A stretch of 51,307 nucleotides of DNA, taken from assembly GCA_964525635.1 (NCBI GenBank), contig CAZGJX010000012.1:1-51307 (forward strand), in the 5' to 3' direction. The translations under genes and the position numbers were made by a program. Source of the stretch: an uncultured archaeon (GTDB lineage Archaea; Asgardarchaeota; Lokiarchaeia; Sigyniarchaeales; SOKP01). The notes under the pieces are model-generated. The model made no database searches and was not told where the DNA came from. It saw nothing but the letters and a program-made list of their open reading frames with translations. This document shows, in pieces, positions 51,081 through 51,307 of the stretch; the stretch's first letter is position 1, and each line of letters starts with the position of its first letter.

Positions 51081-51307
51081 TTAATTGCCTCCATTGGATT
51101 CAAGCTTTTGGACTATTTTGAATAGTAAAATATAATATCATAAATAATTTAAAAATAAATGAATTATTAAATCAATTAGACATATATTATGTCTAGATAG
51201 ACATTGTATTGGAATAACCTTACAACTATTTATAAAAATCTCGCAATTCTTAGAAAAATCACAAATTTCTATTCTAGTTATCAATCTTTTTAGTTGAAAA
51301 AGACCAG

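Overview
This is a very AT-rich archaeal chromosomal segment. Gene content points to an Asgard archaeon, probably Lokiarchaeia (inference): Alba, Sec11, Taw2/Trm5, DUF35, expanded 7TM membrane proteins, longin-like domains and FG-GAP surface proteins. It begins with a partial IS1-family element and holds about 45 genes. Housekeeping genes (alba, sec11, nth, thiD, tRNA methyltransferases, acyl-CoA ligase, CoA activase) are intact, while about ten accessory genes carry nonsense codons or frameshifts. I see no rRNA, tRNA or CRISPR array. The most striking unexplained structure is a pair of ~120-nt minus-strand elements at 48.5-48.95 kb. Each has a TATA box, a long terminal stem with compensatory changes, a sequence-conserved pyrimidine-rich bubble, an apical hairpin and a pyrimidine tail, so they look like two paralogous genes of an undescribed structured ncRNA. 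Other highlights: tandem 7TM-longin fusions plus a free longin, a cytosolic mu-homology-domain-like protein, a stand-alone C2-like protein next to a catalytically degenerate PlsC operon, an HdrD-type protein with a GltD/NfnB module inserted in its CCG domain, and a 36-aa secreted micropeptide facing two 7TM paralogues. All fold assignments are by eye and need HMM or structure searches.
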